Origin: a virus
IMG/VR virus record: IMGVR_UViG_3300048833_000111
Span: 32,218-96,217 of that record
DNA length: 64,000 nt
Direction: 5' to 3' (one strand)
In this document: positions 9,083-19,858 of the stretch, in pieces
How positions within the stretch are numbered: the stretch's first letter is position 1
Layout: every line of letters starts with the position of its first letter
Notes under the pieces: generated by a model
What the model was told of the DNA's origin: nothing
Database searches by the model: none
The model's input: the letters and a program-made list of their open reading frames with translations, nothing else
Position numbers and translations under genes: made by a program

Positions 9083-11518
9083 ATGTCAGAACAAAGAGTC
9101 AGTACACAACAAAGATTGACAAGAAAACAAAAAAATGCTAATGATAAGCAGTATTTTAAAGACCAATTGGATTCCTTAGATTCATTGTCTTTTATAAATG
9201 GTGGTATCTTTACATTTGGAGAGAATGCTACTGGAATGTCAGAGTATAGAAGAATGAAAATCAACTATGATTTATTTAATAATATAGTAAATAAAACTGA
9301 TTTTGAACATGTATGTTCTCCATTTGGTAAAGAGGTTGGAGAGCTTCCAGCAGATTTTACAAACAAAGATATCATATCAGGTAAGGTTAAAGCTCTACTT
9401 GGTATGGAAATGAAAAGACCTTTTTCATGGAAAGTAGCAGCAACCAATGAGGAAGCTACTACTAGAATAGAACAAGAGGAGTTTAAACTTTTAAAGGATT
9501 TTGTAATAAACAGTATTATGTTGCCAATAAGACAACAAATAGAACAACAGTATTTAGAGCAAAGTCAAGGAAAAGAGCTTTCTCCAGATGAGCAAAGAAA
9601 AATTCAGGAACAGGTAGAACAGGAGATGCAATCTATGACACCACCTGAAGTTAAGAGGTATATGTCCAGGGAACATCAGGACCCTGCTGAAGCATTGGCA
9701 CATCAAATTTTAGAATATCTTATAGAGAAAGAAGATATAAAAATGAAATTCAATAAGGCTTGGAAACATGGTCTTATATCAGGAAGGGAAATATTCTGGG
9801 TAGGTATAGTAAATGGGGAGCCTTGTATAAGAGTTGTAAACCCATTAAGATTTGATTATGATAAAAGTCCTGATTTAGATTATATTGAAGATGGAGAATG
9901 GGCTGTATATGAAATGTATATGACTCCCTCTGAAATTGTAAAAAGCTTTGGTAGTGAACTTAGTGATGAGGATATAGATGATATATATGAAGAATACCAT
10001 AATGTAGCTAGTTTTTCAGATGACTCATTTACATTTAGAAATGATGGTGTCTCTAGTATAAATGGAGTAAGGGTGTTACATGGTGAATGGAAAGGACTTA
10101 AACCTATAAAATTTATAGAAGGGGTAGACCCTGTTACTGGAGAATTTTATGAAGATATAGTAGATGAAAGTTATCAGTTAAATGGAGAAGCTGGAGATAT
10201 AAATGAAAGAATTGAATGGATTATTACTAAGTATGAGGGTTATAGAATAGGAAGGGATAAGTATGCTTTCCTTAGAGAAGTACCAGGTCAGTATAAGGAT
10301 TTAACTAATTTATATCATTGCAAGCTATCTTTTATAGGTGCTGCCTATGATAATCTAAACTCTGAAGTTACATCTTTGGTGGATAGGATGAAATACTGGC
10401 AGTATTTTTACAATATTATAAGTTATAGAATAGAACTTCTTACTGCATCTGATGAAGGAAAGAAAATATTACTTAACTTAAATTTAATACCTAAAGGTTC
10501 AGGTATAACTTTAGAAAAGTGGATGCATTATTTTTCTGCAAATAAAATAGGTTTCTTGAATCCAAATGAAGAGGGTAATAGAAATGCAGATATCACACAG
10601 GCAGCAAAAGAAATTGATATGTCTCTTGCATCTGACATCCAAAAATATATAGCTTTAGCTGAATATATAGAAAGAAGATGTGGAGAATCTGTTGGTATTA
10701 CTAAACAAATTGAAGGGCAAATTAAAGAAGATGAGGCTGTATCTAATACTAGAACAGCAATTATACAATCTTCAAATATTATTGAACCTTACTATGAAGT
10801 GCATAATAATATAAAAAGAAATGCTCTACAAGCTCTTATTGAATGTGCTAAGGTAGCATATGCTGAATTCCAACCTAGGTATATAAACTATGTACTTGAT
10901 GATATGTCAAGAAGAATGGTCAATATAGATTATGAGTTGTTAGAAAATTCTACTTATGGCATCTTTGTATCTAATTCAATGAAGTCACATGAAGCATTAC
11001 AAATGGTACAACAATTATCACATGCAGCATTACAGAATCAAACTGCTGAACTATCTGATGTACTTAAGATTATGAGAAGTGAATCTGTACAAGAGGCAGA
11101 AGAATTACTTAAAGTTGCAGAACAAGATAGAAAAGATAGAGAGCAACAAATGCAACAACAACAACTTCAAGCTCAAGCTGAATCTGAAGAAAAAGCTAGA
11201 GAATTTAAGAGAGAGGAATGGCAACATGAAATGAATAAGATGGAGAGAGAGGAAGAACTTAAAACAGAAAGAGAACTTCAGAAACAAGCTATATTATCAC
11301 TTGGATTTAATGAAGATAAAGATTTGGATAAAGATGGTATGCCAGATGTACTTGAAGTTTATAAAGCTGGGGTAGATGCCCAAATAAAAGCAAGTAAACA
11401 AAAATTAGATGAAGACAAACTAATGCATCAAAAAGAAGTTGATAAGAAAAAGCTTGAACAAAAGGATAAAGAGATAAAAATTAAACAACAACAAGGTAAT
11501 AAAGTAGTTAAAAAGTAA
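9083..11518 (+). CDS. Portal protein (crAss-like)
   Basis: 811 aa after TerL; coiled-coil C-terminus with DLDKDGMPD. Confidence 0.9.
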   Translation: MSEQRVSTQQRLTRKQKNANDKQYFKDQLDSLDSLSFINGGIFTFGENATGMSEYRRMKINYDLFNNIVNKTDFEHVCSPFGKEVGELPADFTNKDIISGKVKALLGMEMKRPFSWKVAATNEEATTRIEQEEFKLLKDFVINSIMLPIRQQIEQQYLEQSQGKELSPDEQRKIQEQVEQEMQSMTPPEVKRYMSREHQDPAEALAHQILEYLIEKEDIKMKFNKAWKHGLISGREIFWVGIVNGEPCIRVVNPLRFDYDKSPDLDYIEDGEWAVYEMYMTPSEIVKSFGSELSDEDIDDIYEEYHNVASFSDDSFTFRNDGVSSINGVRVLHGEWKGLKPIKFIEGVDPVTGEFYEDIVDESYQLNGEAGDINERIEWIITKYEGYRIGRDKYAFLREVPGQYKDLTNLYHCKLSFIGAAYDNLNSEVTSLVDRMKYWQYFYNIISYRIELLTASDEGKKILLNLNLIPKGSGITLEKWMHYFSANKIGFLNPNEEGNRNADITQAAKEIDMSLASDIQKYIALAEYIERRCGESVGITKQIEGQIKEDEAVSNTRTAIIQSSNIIEPYYEVHNNIKRNALQALIECAKVAYAEFQPRYINYVLDDMSRRMVNIDYELLENSTYGIFVSNSMKSHEALQMVQQLSHAALQNQTAELSDVLKIMRSESVQEAEELLKVAEQDRKDREQQMQQQQLQAQAESEEKAREFKREEWQHEMNKMEREEELKTERELQKQAILSLGFNEDKDLDKDGMPDVLEVYKAGVDAQIKASKQKLDEDKLMHQKEVDKKKLEQKDKEIKIKQQQGNKVVKK

Positions 11519-11584
11519 AAAAAGCTATTAGCTACTATTTTTAAAAATTAAGTTTAAAACTTAAAAAAATTAAATAATTAATCT

Positions 11585-11592
11585 TAAATTTG
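11585..11592 (+). promoter_or_regulatory. Sigma-A -7 element
   Basis: TAAATTTG 9 nt upstream of ATG 11602. Confidence 0.55.
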
Positions 11593-11601
11593 CAACAGAT
11601 T

Positions 11602-12726
11602 ATGGCACAAGAAGAACAAGAAGGTCTATTAGGATTTAATTGGGAGAATGATGGAGATGATTTCTTTGGTATAGAACAAACTACCACAGCAACTCCATCA
11701 AAAAAAGAAAAAGAGAAAAAAGTTGAAATTGAAGAAGAGGAAGGTAATCCTACTCCACCTACATCAACTGAACCTGAGGAAGAAGAGGAAGATGATTTCT
11801 TTGAAACTTCAGAAGAGGAAGAAGAAGAGGGTGATGAAGGTAAACCAAATCCTCCAGCATCAACAAGTATCTATTCAGATGTATATAAAGATTTAAAAGA
11901 ACAAGGAATCTTTAAACATATTGAAGTAGAAGAAGGAGAAGAATTAGATGCTGACAAATTTTTTGAATTACAACAAGAGGAATATGAAGCTGAAGTAAAT
12001 GCTAGGTTGACCAATTGGGCAACTAAAGAATTGGATGAAGATGCAAAAGCATTTATTAAGTTTAAAAGAGATGGTGGTAATACTGAAGACTTCTTTAGTA
12101 TTTATTCTAAATCTACTGACCTTCCTACAGGAGATATCTCAGAGGAATCCCATCAAGATAGGGTAATTAGATACCAATTAAAGCAAGAAGGTTGGGATGC
12201 AGATGAAATAGAAGATAGATTAAGATATCTTACAGAATCTGGTAGAAAGGAAAAAGTTGCTAAAAAATATAATGCTAAGATAAAAGAGCAAAGTGAAGCT
12301 CAAAAAGCAGAAGTATTAAAGCAAGCTAATAAACAAAAAGAATTAATTCAAGCTCAAGAACAAGAGTTTAAAGATAATATTAAATCTGTATTAGATACTA
12401 CAAAAGATGTAAAAGGTATTAAAATTTCAGATAAAGATAAAATACAGTTGTATAATTTTCTAACAAAAAAAGCTCATAAGATTTCAGATACTAAATCTAT
12501 TACAGGCTTCCAAAAGAAATTAGGAGAAGCTTTCCAAGATACAAATAAGATGATACTCTTGGCAAAATTGATAAGTTCTGATTTTGATATGAAAGATTTT
12601 GAAAAAGCAACTGTAACAAAAAAGACACAACAAATAAAAAGTAATTTAGAACAGCGCAAGGGCTTAAGACCAACTAATTCTGGAAGTTCATTAGAAGGAA
12701 AAGGGCTTGCTGATTTATTTAATTAA
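11602..12726 (+). CDS. Putative capsid scaffolding protein
   Basis: Very acidic N-terminus, helical, between portal and MCP; ATG 11602 preferred over TTG 11590. Confidence 0.75.
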   Translation: MAQEEQEGLLGFNWENDGDDFFGIEQTTTATPSKKEKEKKVEIEEEEGNPTPPTSTEPEEEEEDDFFETSEEEEEEGDEGKPNPPASTSIYSDVYKDLKEQGIFKHIEVEEGEELDADKFFELQQEEYEAEVNARLTNWATKELDEDAKAFIKFKRDGGNTEDFFSIYSKSTDLPTGDISEESHQDRVIRYQLKQEGWDADEIEDRLRYLTESGRKEKVAKKYNAKIKEQSEAQKAEVLKQANKQKELIQAQEQEFKDNIKSVLDTTKDVKGIKISDKDKIQLYNFLTKKAHKISDTKSITGFQKKLGEAFQDTNKMILLAKLISSDFDMKDFEKATVTKKTQQIKSNLEQRKGLRPTNSGSSLEGKGLADLFN

Positions 12727-12753
12727 AAAAAAGAAAACTAATAAAAACAAACT

Positions 12754-14220
12754 ATGGCAACATTAGGAAGTAGATTAAAAACAAAGCAGATGCCTTGGCA
12801 TGCTAATATGACTGAGTTGAATCACTTGGGAGCTGCTTTGATTGCTAAGCCTCACGTATTTGAAGGTAAGATGAATCAACTATTTTCTGCACAAAATTAT
12901 TATTCTGATAACCCACTATCAAGTATAGCTTGGGGTACAGGAGCAGAAAAAGTTATCACTACAATGGAGTGGGAATGGCAGTTAAAAGGTGCTAATACTA
13001 GACCTCTAGTAGTTATTGAAAATGTTGAACCAGCAGCTAATACAACTCCAGGAAAAGGTAAAGAACCATTTTTCGTAAAATTGGATGAGAATTGGTATGA
13101 AGCAGGGGATACAATAACTCCAGGTACAGCAGGTCAGAAGTATCAGTGTAGAATTATGGAGAAACCAGAGAAACATGGTAATGGTTGGATATATAAAGTT
13201 AGACTTAAGTCTGATGATTTCCAAGCATTCTTACCAGTATCTTTGTTACAACCAGGTCAACAATGGGCTAAGCTATGGGCTGAATACGAAGAAGGTGCTA
13301 ACCAAGATGGTAGTACTCAGTATGCAATGCCTTTGACACTTAGAGATTCTCTAGGTAAATTCAGAAAGAAGTATGAAGTAACAGATTACGCATCTGAAGA
13401 AGTTCTTGCAGTAAAAATTCCAGATTCAAAAGGTGGATACCATGATTCTTGGATTAAATATGCTGAAGTAGAATATTGGCAACAATGGTACAGAGAGCTT
13501 GAAAGAGCATTCTGGTATAATAGAAAAACAAAATCTGTACAAGGTTCAACAGGTAGAAGTGTAGATAACTTCTCAGGTATCCAAGAGAAACTTGAAGATA
13601 GTCATTTACACTATTACACTGAATTAACAGCTAAACTTATTGAAGAATTCTTATTGGATATCTTCTATTCAAGAGTTAAGCCAGGTTCAGGTAGAAAGAT
13701 TAAAGTATTCACAGGTGAATATGGAATGGTATTGTTCAATAGAGCTATGCAAGATATTATGGATAAGAGAGGTTGGGTTATTGCTAACCAAAACTTCAAT
13801 CCAGTACAAAAAGCTACTTCTGCATACCACTCAAATGCTTACTCTGTAGGATATCAATTCGTACAGTACAAAATGCACAATGGTGCTGAACTTGAATTAG
13901 TACACAATCCTCTATATGATGATAGAAGTATTAACTTTGAAATTGACCCAGTAACTGGTTATCCAGTAGAATCAATGAGATTTACTTTCCTTGATTTCTC
14001 AGGTGGAAATGGAGAAAGTAATGTATCTCTAGTATCTAAGAAAGATGGTTACAAATTTGGATATGTTGGTGGATTAGTAAACCCAATGGGACCTAATAAA
14101 GGTGGTCTTATGGCTCACGCAGGGGAATACTACTCAATGCACGTATCTAAAATATGTGGTGTACATATTGAAGATATCACTAAGTGTGGTGAACTTATAT
14201 TAAAAAGAAACGTAGGTTAA
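12754..14220 (+). CDS. Major capsid protein (crAss-like, HK97 fold)
   Basis: 488 aa; synteny TerL-portal-scaffold-MCP; TGEYGM and HNPLYDD motifs. Confidence 0.9.
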   Translation: MATLGSRLKTKQMPWHANMTELNHLGAALIAKPHVFEGKMNQLFSAQNYYSDNPLSSIAWGTGAEKVITTMEWEWQLKGANTRPLVVIENVEPAANTTPGKGKEPFFVKLDENWYEAGDTITPGTAGQKYQCRIMEKPEKHGNGWIYKVRLKSDDFQAFLPVSLLQPGQQWAKLWAEYEEGANQDGSTQYAMPLTLRDSLGKFRKKYEVTDYASEEVLAVKIPDSKGGYHDSWIKYAEVEYWQQWYRELERAFWYNRKTKSVQGSTGRSVDNFSGIQEKLEDSHLHYYTELTAKLIEEFLLDIFYSRVKPGSGRKIKVFTGEYGMVLFNRAMQDIMDKRGWVIANQNFNPVQKATSAYHSNAYSVGYQFVQYKMHNGAELELVHNPLYDDRSINFEIDPVTGYPVESMRFTFLDFSGGNGESNVSLVSKKDGYKFGYVGGLVNPMGPNKGGLMAHAGEYYSMHVSKICGVHIEDITKCGELILKRNVG

Positions 14221-14232
14221 GACTATTTTTCT

Positions 14233-14268
14233 TATCTTTGCAAATGGGGAGTAAAGATACTACTCCCC
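14233..14268 (+). promoter_or_regulatory. -7 element TATCTTTG followed by GGGGAGTA/TACTCCCC hairpin
   Basis: Intergenic after MCP; hairpin lacks a U-run, so may be a weak terminator or 5' stabiliser. Confidence 0.55.
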
Positions 14269-14301
14269 TATGTAAAGAAATATTAATTAAACACGAAACA
14301 A

Positions 14302-15099
14302 ATGGCAATAGTAGAAGTAAGACCCATTGAAAAAGAAAGATGGCATAATAAAAAAGGAAAGGATTCTTTTAAAAGACCAGTAACAATTGAAGCATTAATA
14401 GATGTTAATACAGGTCAATTTGCTACAGGTCTATCAACAGAAGATAGAGAGAGGTTAGAGAAGGCTACTGGACAGAATCTATCACCAGATTATATGGTTG
14501 GAAAACCACATGAATTTTGGAATTCACCAGCAGCAGCAATTAAGTTAGAATATAAAACAAATATATTTGATACTAAAAAAGCTTTTGATGAGATAAAGGT
14601 TAAAGTACTTAAGGCATCTGATTTAGTAGCTAATTCAATGAAAGAATACGAGGAAGGTAAATTTCCAAATGCAATCTTTGTTATATTTGATGAAACTGAA
14701 GAAGTTGAAAGAAAAGCTAGTAAAGCTGCTATAAAAAGAAAAGTAGTTATAGAGAGTTCTAAATTAACAAAGTCTAGAAAGGCTGAAATAGTACAGATTT
14801 TATCTGGAGTTTCAGTTAAAAATCAAACAGAAGATTATATTGATTTGAAACTAGATGAAGAAATTGAAGATAAAGGTCCAGACAAAGTACTTGCAATAAT
14901 CCAAAGAGATAAGGCTAGAACTAGTTTACATGCATTGGTATTGGAAGCAATACAAAAAAATGTACTTAGAAAAGAGGGAACAGCAGTGTATTATATGGAT
15001 GACCAAGTAGGATTTGATTTGGAATCTGCAATAGATTATTTTGCAGATAGTAAGAACCAAGCTTTAAAAGCACAAATTTTAGAAAAAATAAACGAGTAA
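14302..15099 (+). CDS. Conserved crAss-like protein following MCP
   Basis: 265 aa, synteny. Confidence 0.65.
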   Translation: MAIVEVRPIEKERWHNKKGKDSFKRPVTIEALIDVNTGQFATGLSTEDRERLEKATGQNLSPDYMVGKPHEFWNSPAAAIKLEYKTNIFDTKKAFDEIKVKVLKASDLVANSMKEYEEGKFPNAIFVIFDETEEVERKASKAAIKRKVVIESSKLTKSRKAEIVQILSGVSVKNQTEDYIDLKLDEEIEDKGPDKVLAIIQRDKARTSLHALVLEAIQKNVLRKEGTAVYYMDDQVGFDLESAIDYFADSKNQALKAQILEKINE

Positions 15100-15100
15100 T

Positions 15101-15829
15101 ATGGATATTAGAAGTATGCACTATGACTTCAAGCAGAAGTTAAATAAAATTGACTCCCAACAATATAGGAACTTAAGAGTACCTGAAATTGATTGGAAGC
15201 TTAATGAAGCATACGAAATTTTTGTAAAATCCATAGCAGAACCAAGGTATAATAATCACTTAGGGTTTGAAGTAAATCAAAGAACAACTGATGACATAAG
15301 AACTATAGTTAAAAATAATGTAACTATAGCACCTTTTATGGTAAATGAAACTTTAAAACCAGAAGTGATATTTAATATACCAACAGATTATATGTTCTTC
15401 ATATCTGGATATGCTACTATAGAGAAACCAGGGTGTGGCTCTAAACTAGTTAGAATAAAGATAAGACAACATGATGACGAACATGAAGAGAGTTCTTTTG
15501 ATAAATCCTCATATGAATGGGGAGAAGTAAATGCTAGATTTGTAGGTAATACTATAAAAGTATTTACAGATGAAACTTTTTATGTACAAAATATAAAATT
15601 AAATTATATAAGAAAACACGCATATATTCACAATGCTCAAGACTTTTTGCCAAGCTCTAGTTATAAATTACCAAATGGTACTATATTAACAGGCTTTCAA
15701 AATTGTGAACTTCCAGAACATACACATAGAGAAATAGTGGATATAGCTGTGCTTATAGCAACTGGTGAATTGCAGATACCAGATTATCAAACAAAACAAG
15801 CAAAAATAAATTTAAATCAAATTAATTAA
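15101..15829 (+). CDS. Tail/neck ring (head-tail connector) protein
   Basis: EIDWKLNEA...YIRK...CELPEHTHREIVDIAV, typical of crAss ring proteins. Confidence 0.7.
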   Translation: MDIRSMHYDFKQKLNKIDSQQYRNLRVPEIDWKLNEAYEIFVKSIAEPRYNNHLGFEVNQRTTDDIRTIVKNNVTIAPFMVNETLKPEVIFNIPTDYMFFISGYATIEKPGCGSKLVRIKIRQHDDEHEESSFDKSSYEWGEVNARFVGNTIKVFTDETFYVQNIKLNYIRKHAYIHNAQDFLPSSSYKLPNGTILTGFQNCELPEHTHREIVDIAVLIATGELQIPDYQTKQAKINLNQIN

Positions 15830-15840
15830 ACTAAAAAATT

Positions 15841-17067
15841 ATGAGTAGAAACAATCATGTGTTTCAAGTTTTAGTAACTAAAGGAAACCAAGCACCTATT
15901 GCTGCTGGTAATAGAGTTACAGACTTAGCTCCAGGTCAAATTGGTGTATTTGATTTCAACACTAATCTATCTTTAAGTGCTGCAACTCCATCTAGAAATT
16001 TCTATATGGCAGTTGGATTGGATTTAGATGGAGATACTGTTACTGATGATGTAATAAAATCTAGAGGTACACATATCCAGGGAAGAAATTCAGTATACTA
16101 TACTTACAGACCACATACTCCAGGACAACCTATGAAAGTAGTTCTAAAGGATTATACAGCAGAGTGTGAAACAGAATATGGAATTAAACTTGAACTTAGA
16201 AATCAAGAAATCTACAGAACACAAGGGTACAATCAGTTTACAAAAACTTATAGTATTGTAACTTCTTGCTGTAATGGTTGTAATCCAACATGTCCATCAG
16301 GAGATGCTAATGAGATTACTAAACTATTAAAAATTAATATTAATAATGACCCATCTGGTCTAGTAGTTGCAGAAGCTATTGCAAGACAAGATATACTAGC
16401 AGAAGATGTACCAGATTTATCTGGAGATTTAGATGCAGGTGATGTTGTTTCTGATGCAGATTTAGAAGCTATTATGGCTTATAATGCTACATTGGAAGAC
16501 CCAGCAAATATGTTGTATACTGATTTAGAAGTAACAACTGTACCACAAAAGTTGAAATCTTTTGGAGATTTAAATCTTCAATATTTCTACCCAAGAGAAG
16601 GTACTGTTATTATGAGTAAAGCAGGTTCAGATGGATTCAGATGTTCAGGTACTATTGAGGTTACTCAACAAGCTGTATTTGAAGAAGGTGCTGGATATGA
16701 TATCAAGCAATTAGAATTCTTTGCAAAAGGTTGGGATGAATCTCCATATAGAGTGTCTACTCTAAATGGTGTAGCTGATGCTAAATTCTACAACACTGAT
16801 GCAACTGTAAAATATGACCAATTTGTATTGGCTTATGAGCAAATGCATAAAAATGCTTGGTTGACATACAGTAATTCAGAAGCTACTTATATAGCTATTC
16901 CTACTACAGATGGTACAACTAGAACAGGTCTAGTAGCAATATTAGATGCTTTACTGGCAGATGAGAAATTTGATGCTAAAGCTGATGATGTAGCAGCTAC
17001 AGTAGCTAGTACATCTACTATAGAAAGAACACAGGATAAAACTCCTGCTACTGATGGTATAGGGTAA
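15841..17067 (+). CDS. Virion structural protein (auxiliary capsid-like)
   Basis: 408 aa, beta-rich, followed by strong terminator; synteny. Confidence 0.6.
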   Translation: MSRNNHVFQVLVTKGNQAPIAAGNRVTDLAPGQIGVFDFNTNLSLSAATPSRNFYMAVGLDLDGDTVTDDVIKSRGTHIQGRNSVYYTYRPHTPGQPMKVVLKDYTAECETEYGIKLELRNQEIYRTQGYNQFTKTYSIVTSCCNGCNPTCPSGDANEITKLLKININNDPSGLVVAEAIARQDILAEDVPDLSGDLDAGDVVSDADLEAIMAYNATLEDPANMLYTDLEVTTVPQKLKSFGDLNLQYFYPREGTVIMSKAGSDGFRCSGTIEVTQQAVFEEGAGYDIKQLEFFAKGWDESPYRVSTLNGVADAKFYNTDATVKYDQFVLAYEQMHKNAWLTYSNSEATYIAIPTTDGTTRTGLVAILDALLADEKFDAKADDVAATVASTSTIERTQDKTPATDGIG

Positions 17068-17092
17068 TAAGTATTAATAATACAAAATAACC

Positions 17093-17123
17093 AAAAAGGA
17101 GGAGGAAAGCCTCCTCCTTTTTT
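17093..17123 (+). terminator. Rho-independent terminator
   Basis: AAAAAGGAGGAGG-aaag-CCTCCTCCTTTTTT. Confidence 0.9.
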
Positions 17124-17152
17124 ATAATAAATAACTTTAATACTTATATAAT

Positions 17153-17818
17153 ATGGTTGCCGTAAACTATTTTTACTCTTTTGTTGAAACATCTATAGGT
17201 GTTTTTAAACTTGAAAACATTTCAGCTAATTTAAATCTAGATTATATATTAACTAGTGATAATGGTTGTGGTAGTTCTACTTTAGTACAAAAAGGACAAT
17301 TAACTTCTAAAACTGTTATAGTTACTAATTCTGTAAATAATGAAGTAACTTTTTCAAATTTACCTGATGGCATATATTATTTAAGAGTTAAACATGTAGG
17401 ACAATCTTATTATCCTACTATTCAAATAAATAATTTTGCAAATTTAGAATTATCTATATTGCAAGATGTAAAGGGGGTATTTGGAAACTGTACAGATTGT
17501 AGTGACCCAGCTAATCTATGTTGTCTATTAAATAAGATGAACTATTATTTTTTCTTAAAAGGAGGTACTAATAATAGTTTGGTTAAAAATGCTAATCAAA
17601 ATCTTTTTGATAGTTATAAATGTTCTATGATAGGTAATATTGATTGTACCTTAAATAATGAATTATTTTATGGAAAATGTAAAACTGATTTAAGATATAT
17701 TATATCTTTTTTCTATTTATGGATGTATAACAGTAGGGTATTAGTTGATAAGATAACAGTATATGACTACACTAGAATATATAAATATATTTCAACAAAA
17801 ATAGTAAACTTACAATAA
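17153..17818 (+). CDS. Cys-containing virion/tail hub protein (putative)
   Basis: Ig-like N-half (LPDGIYYL), CTDC..CC, helical C-half. Confidence 0.5.
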   Translation: MVAVNYFYSFVETSIGVFKLENISANLNLDYILTSDNGCGSSTLVQKGQLTSKTVIVTNSVNNEVTFSNLPDGIYYLRVKHVGQSYYPTIQINNFANLELSILQDVKGVFGNCTDCSDPANLCCLLNKMNYYFFLKGGTNNSLVKNANQNLFDSYKCSMIGNIDCTLNNELFYGKCKTDLRYIISFFYLWMYNSRVLVDKITVYDYTRIYKYISTKIVNLQ

Positions 17819-17819
17819 T

Positions 17820-18281
17820 ATGGATTTTTTCTTAAAAAAAGAAATAGAACAACTTAAGTGTACAATAAGAAAGTTACTATGTTGTAATTGTACTTGTGAT
17901 GATGGTGGTTCAACTGGACCTCCAAAGAACACTGTAAAAGTATTTTTAAACAGTAATTTCTGTTGTAATTATGAGGATAGTGTATCTTTAAATATACCCA
18001 ATAATTGCTGTTCTAATCCTACTGTGTATGTTCAATTATTTCAAGATTGCTGTGAAAACACAGCCCCAAGAGTACTATTAAATATGTATAGTAATTGCTG
18101 TACTCCAGATAATGTATCTGTTGAAATAGCTAATCCTTGTTGTGCTAATTTAGTTGTAATCTCAATGCCTAACCCTTGTTGTCAGGTAAATACTGTAGAA
18201 GTAATCTTATCTACAGACTGTTGTCAAGATGATGATAATACAGTTACATTAAACTTATATAGTAACTGTTGTGAAAATTAA
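17820..18281 (+). CDS. Vicinal-CC repeat protein, putative fibre/adaptor
   Basis: Eight 13-16-aa repeats ending in CC after an N-terminal coiled coil. Confidence 0.6.
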   Translation: MDFFLKKEIEQLKCTIRKLLCCNCTCDDGGSTGPPKNTVKVFLNSNFCCNYEDSVSLNIPNNCCSNPTVYVQLFQDCCENTAPRVLLNMYSNCCTPDNVSVEIANPCCANLVVISMPNPCCQVNTVEVILSTDCCQDDDNTVTLNLYSNCCEN

Positions 18282-18309
18282 TAAATAAAAAAATAAAAAT
18301 AAAAATAAA

Positions 18310-18831
18310 ATGTGTGTAATAGATTTTAACATTGTAACTACTGGTACAGAACCAGTAGCAGCAGAAGGTAGATACAGAAATTTAGATGTTGTAGATGCTT
18401 TATGGACAACATTTACAGTAAATTTATTAGAACAAGAAACTCCAGATATTGTTATTAATGGTAACTATGAGCTTCAAGTAAGAGTTCAATATCCAGATAC
18501 AACTTGGTCTGATTGGACTGGTTCTTCATTATTTACTATAGGTAATTGTACTCAAACAGGTAACTTATATGCACCTTTAGGGGAATCAGATTGTCAAGAT
18601 ATAGTAGCAGGAGACTTTACTACAGTATTATTTTCAGATAATCCTGATTCAGGTCAAGCTTGTTATAGTGTAGAAATAGGAGATATGTTGTATAAAGATA
18701 GTAGCCTTACTATACCAGCAGATGCTGGAACTTATATAATGTATGGTTCCTTTAATGGATGTTTCCAAGAAAGAAGAGGATTTACTGTAAATGGTTCAGG
18801 ACAAGTTATAGATAATTTCTTCTGTGCTTAA
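18310..18831 (+). CDS. Ig/FN3-like virion protein
   Basis: YELQVRV..WSDW FN3-like N-domain plus Cys-bounded C-domain. Confidence 0.5.
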   Translation: MCVIDFNIVTTGTEPVAAEGRYRNLDVVDALWTTFTVNLLEQETPDIVINGNYELQVRVQYPDTTWSDWTGSSLFTIGNCTQTGNLYAPLGESDCQDIVAGDFTTVLFSDNPDSGQACYSVEIGDMLYKDSSLTIPADAGTYIMYGSFNGCFQERRGFTVNGSGQVIDNFFCA

Positions 18832-18848
18832 TATAAAAAATATATAAT

Positions 18849-19856
18849 ATGTTTCAAAATTTAAAACAGAAAACTAGAAATAGAGAAGATATTTCTAAGT
18901 TACTTGTAAGACTTATGTATAAAGTTGCTCTTTTAGAAAAAGAAGTTTCTGAAGGAGGGGGTGGTGGTGGAATACAATCTGTAGTTGAAGGAGAAAATAT
19001 ATCTATTGATAATTCTGACCCTTTAAATCCAATAATAAATAATACAGCAGGTATAGGACCTCCAAATACTTTTATAGGTAATGCTGGAGCAACTTTAACA
19101 ACAAAGGAATTGTTGGCAAATAGATATGTAGATATTACTGCAAATGATATACATAATTTTCAAATTGATGCTAATAATAACATTTCTTGTTATATAGGTA
19201 AAGAATATACATTTAAGAGAGATGCTTTTAGAAATTCTGCTATACCAGGAATATCTTATTATATAGATATTGATGGAAAAGCTGTAGATACTGTTTATGA
19301 TGGGGCTAATATTTTTAGGCAAATTACTAAACTTCTTGTTATATTGCCTAATTGGAAAAGAATGGAATATAATACTTTTGCCTATAGTAGTATTGAGTTG
19401 ATAAGTATTCCTTCCGCAATACCTATTGGTTATAACCCTGCTGCAAATAGTGAATTTCAAAGTGCTACTTTTCTAAATACAGCAAATATTTATGTTAATA
19501 AAACAAATGAAACAATAAATGCAGGAAATCCAGATGCTGATTTAACTGGAGGAGCAGCTCCTTTTGTAAAATATTCTACAAATAAAGATAAACCTATGCC
19601 AGTAAATTACATAGAAAGTACACAAGGAAGTAATAATATTAATGTTACATTAATAGGTAAAGTCTTTCATTCAAACCCAATAGATTGGTATTTAGTATTT
19701 GTAGATGGTGTTTATAAAGGAAGAACTAATACTACAAGTTTTGATATTACTGGCTTAAATCCCTCCACAAGTTATAAAATAAAATTTTTAACAATTGATA
19801 GTATGGGTAATAATTCAAAATTTAGTAGAGAATTTAATATAACAACAACAGCTTAA
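18849..19856 (+). CDS. Tail fibre/receptor-binding protein with BspA-LRR-like and FN3 domains
   Basis: N-terminal anchor, TFAYSSIELISIPS, GLNPSTSYKIKFLTIDSMGN. Confidence 0.6.
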   Translation: MFQNLKQKTRNREDISKLLVRLMYKVALLEKEVSEGGGGGGIQSVVEGENISIDNSDPLNPIINNTAGIGPPNTFIGNAGATLTTKELLANRYVDITANDIHNFQIDANNNISCYIGKEYTFKRDAFRNSAIPGISYYIDIDGKAVDTVYDGANIFRQITKLLVILPNWKRMEYNTFAYSSIELISIPSAIPIGYNPAANSEFQSATFLNTANIYVNKTNETINAGNPDADLTGGAAPFVKYSTNKDKPMPVNYIESTQGSNNINVTLIGKVFHSNPIDWYLVFVDGVYKGRTNTTSFDITGLNPSTSYKIKFLTIDSMGNNSKFSREFNITTTA

Positions 19857-19858
19857 TT

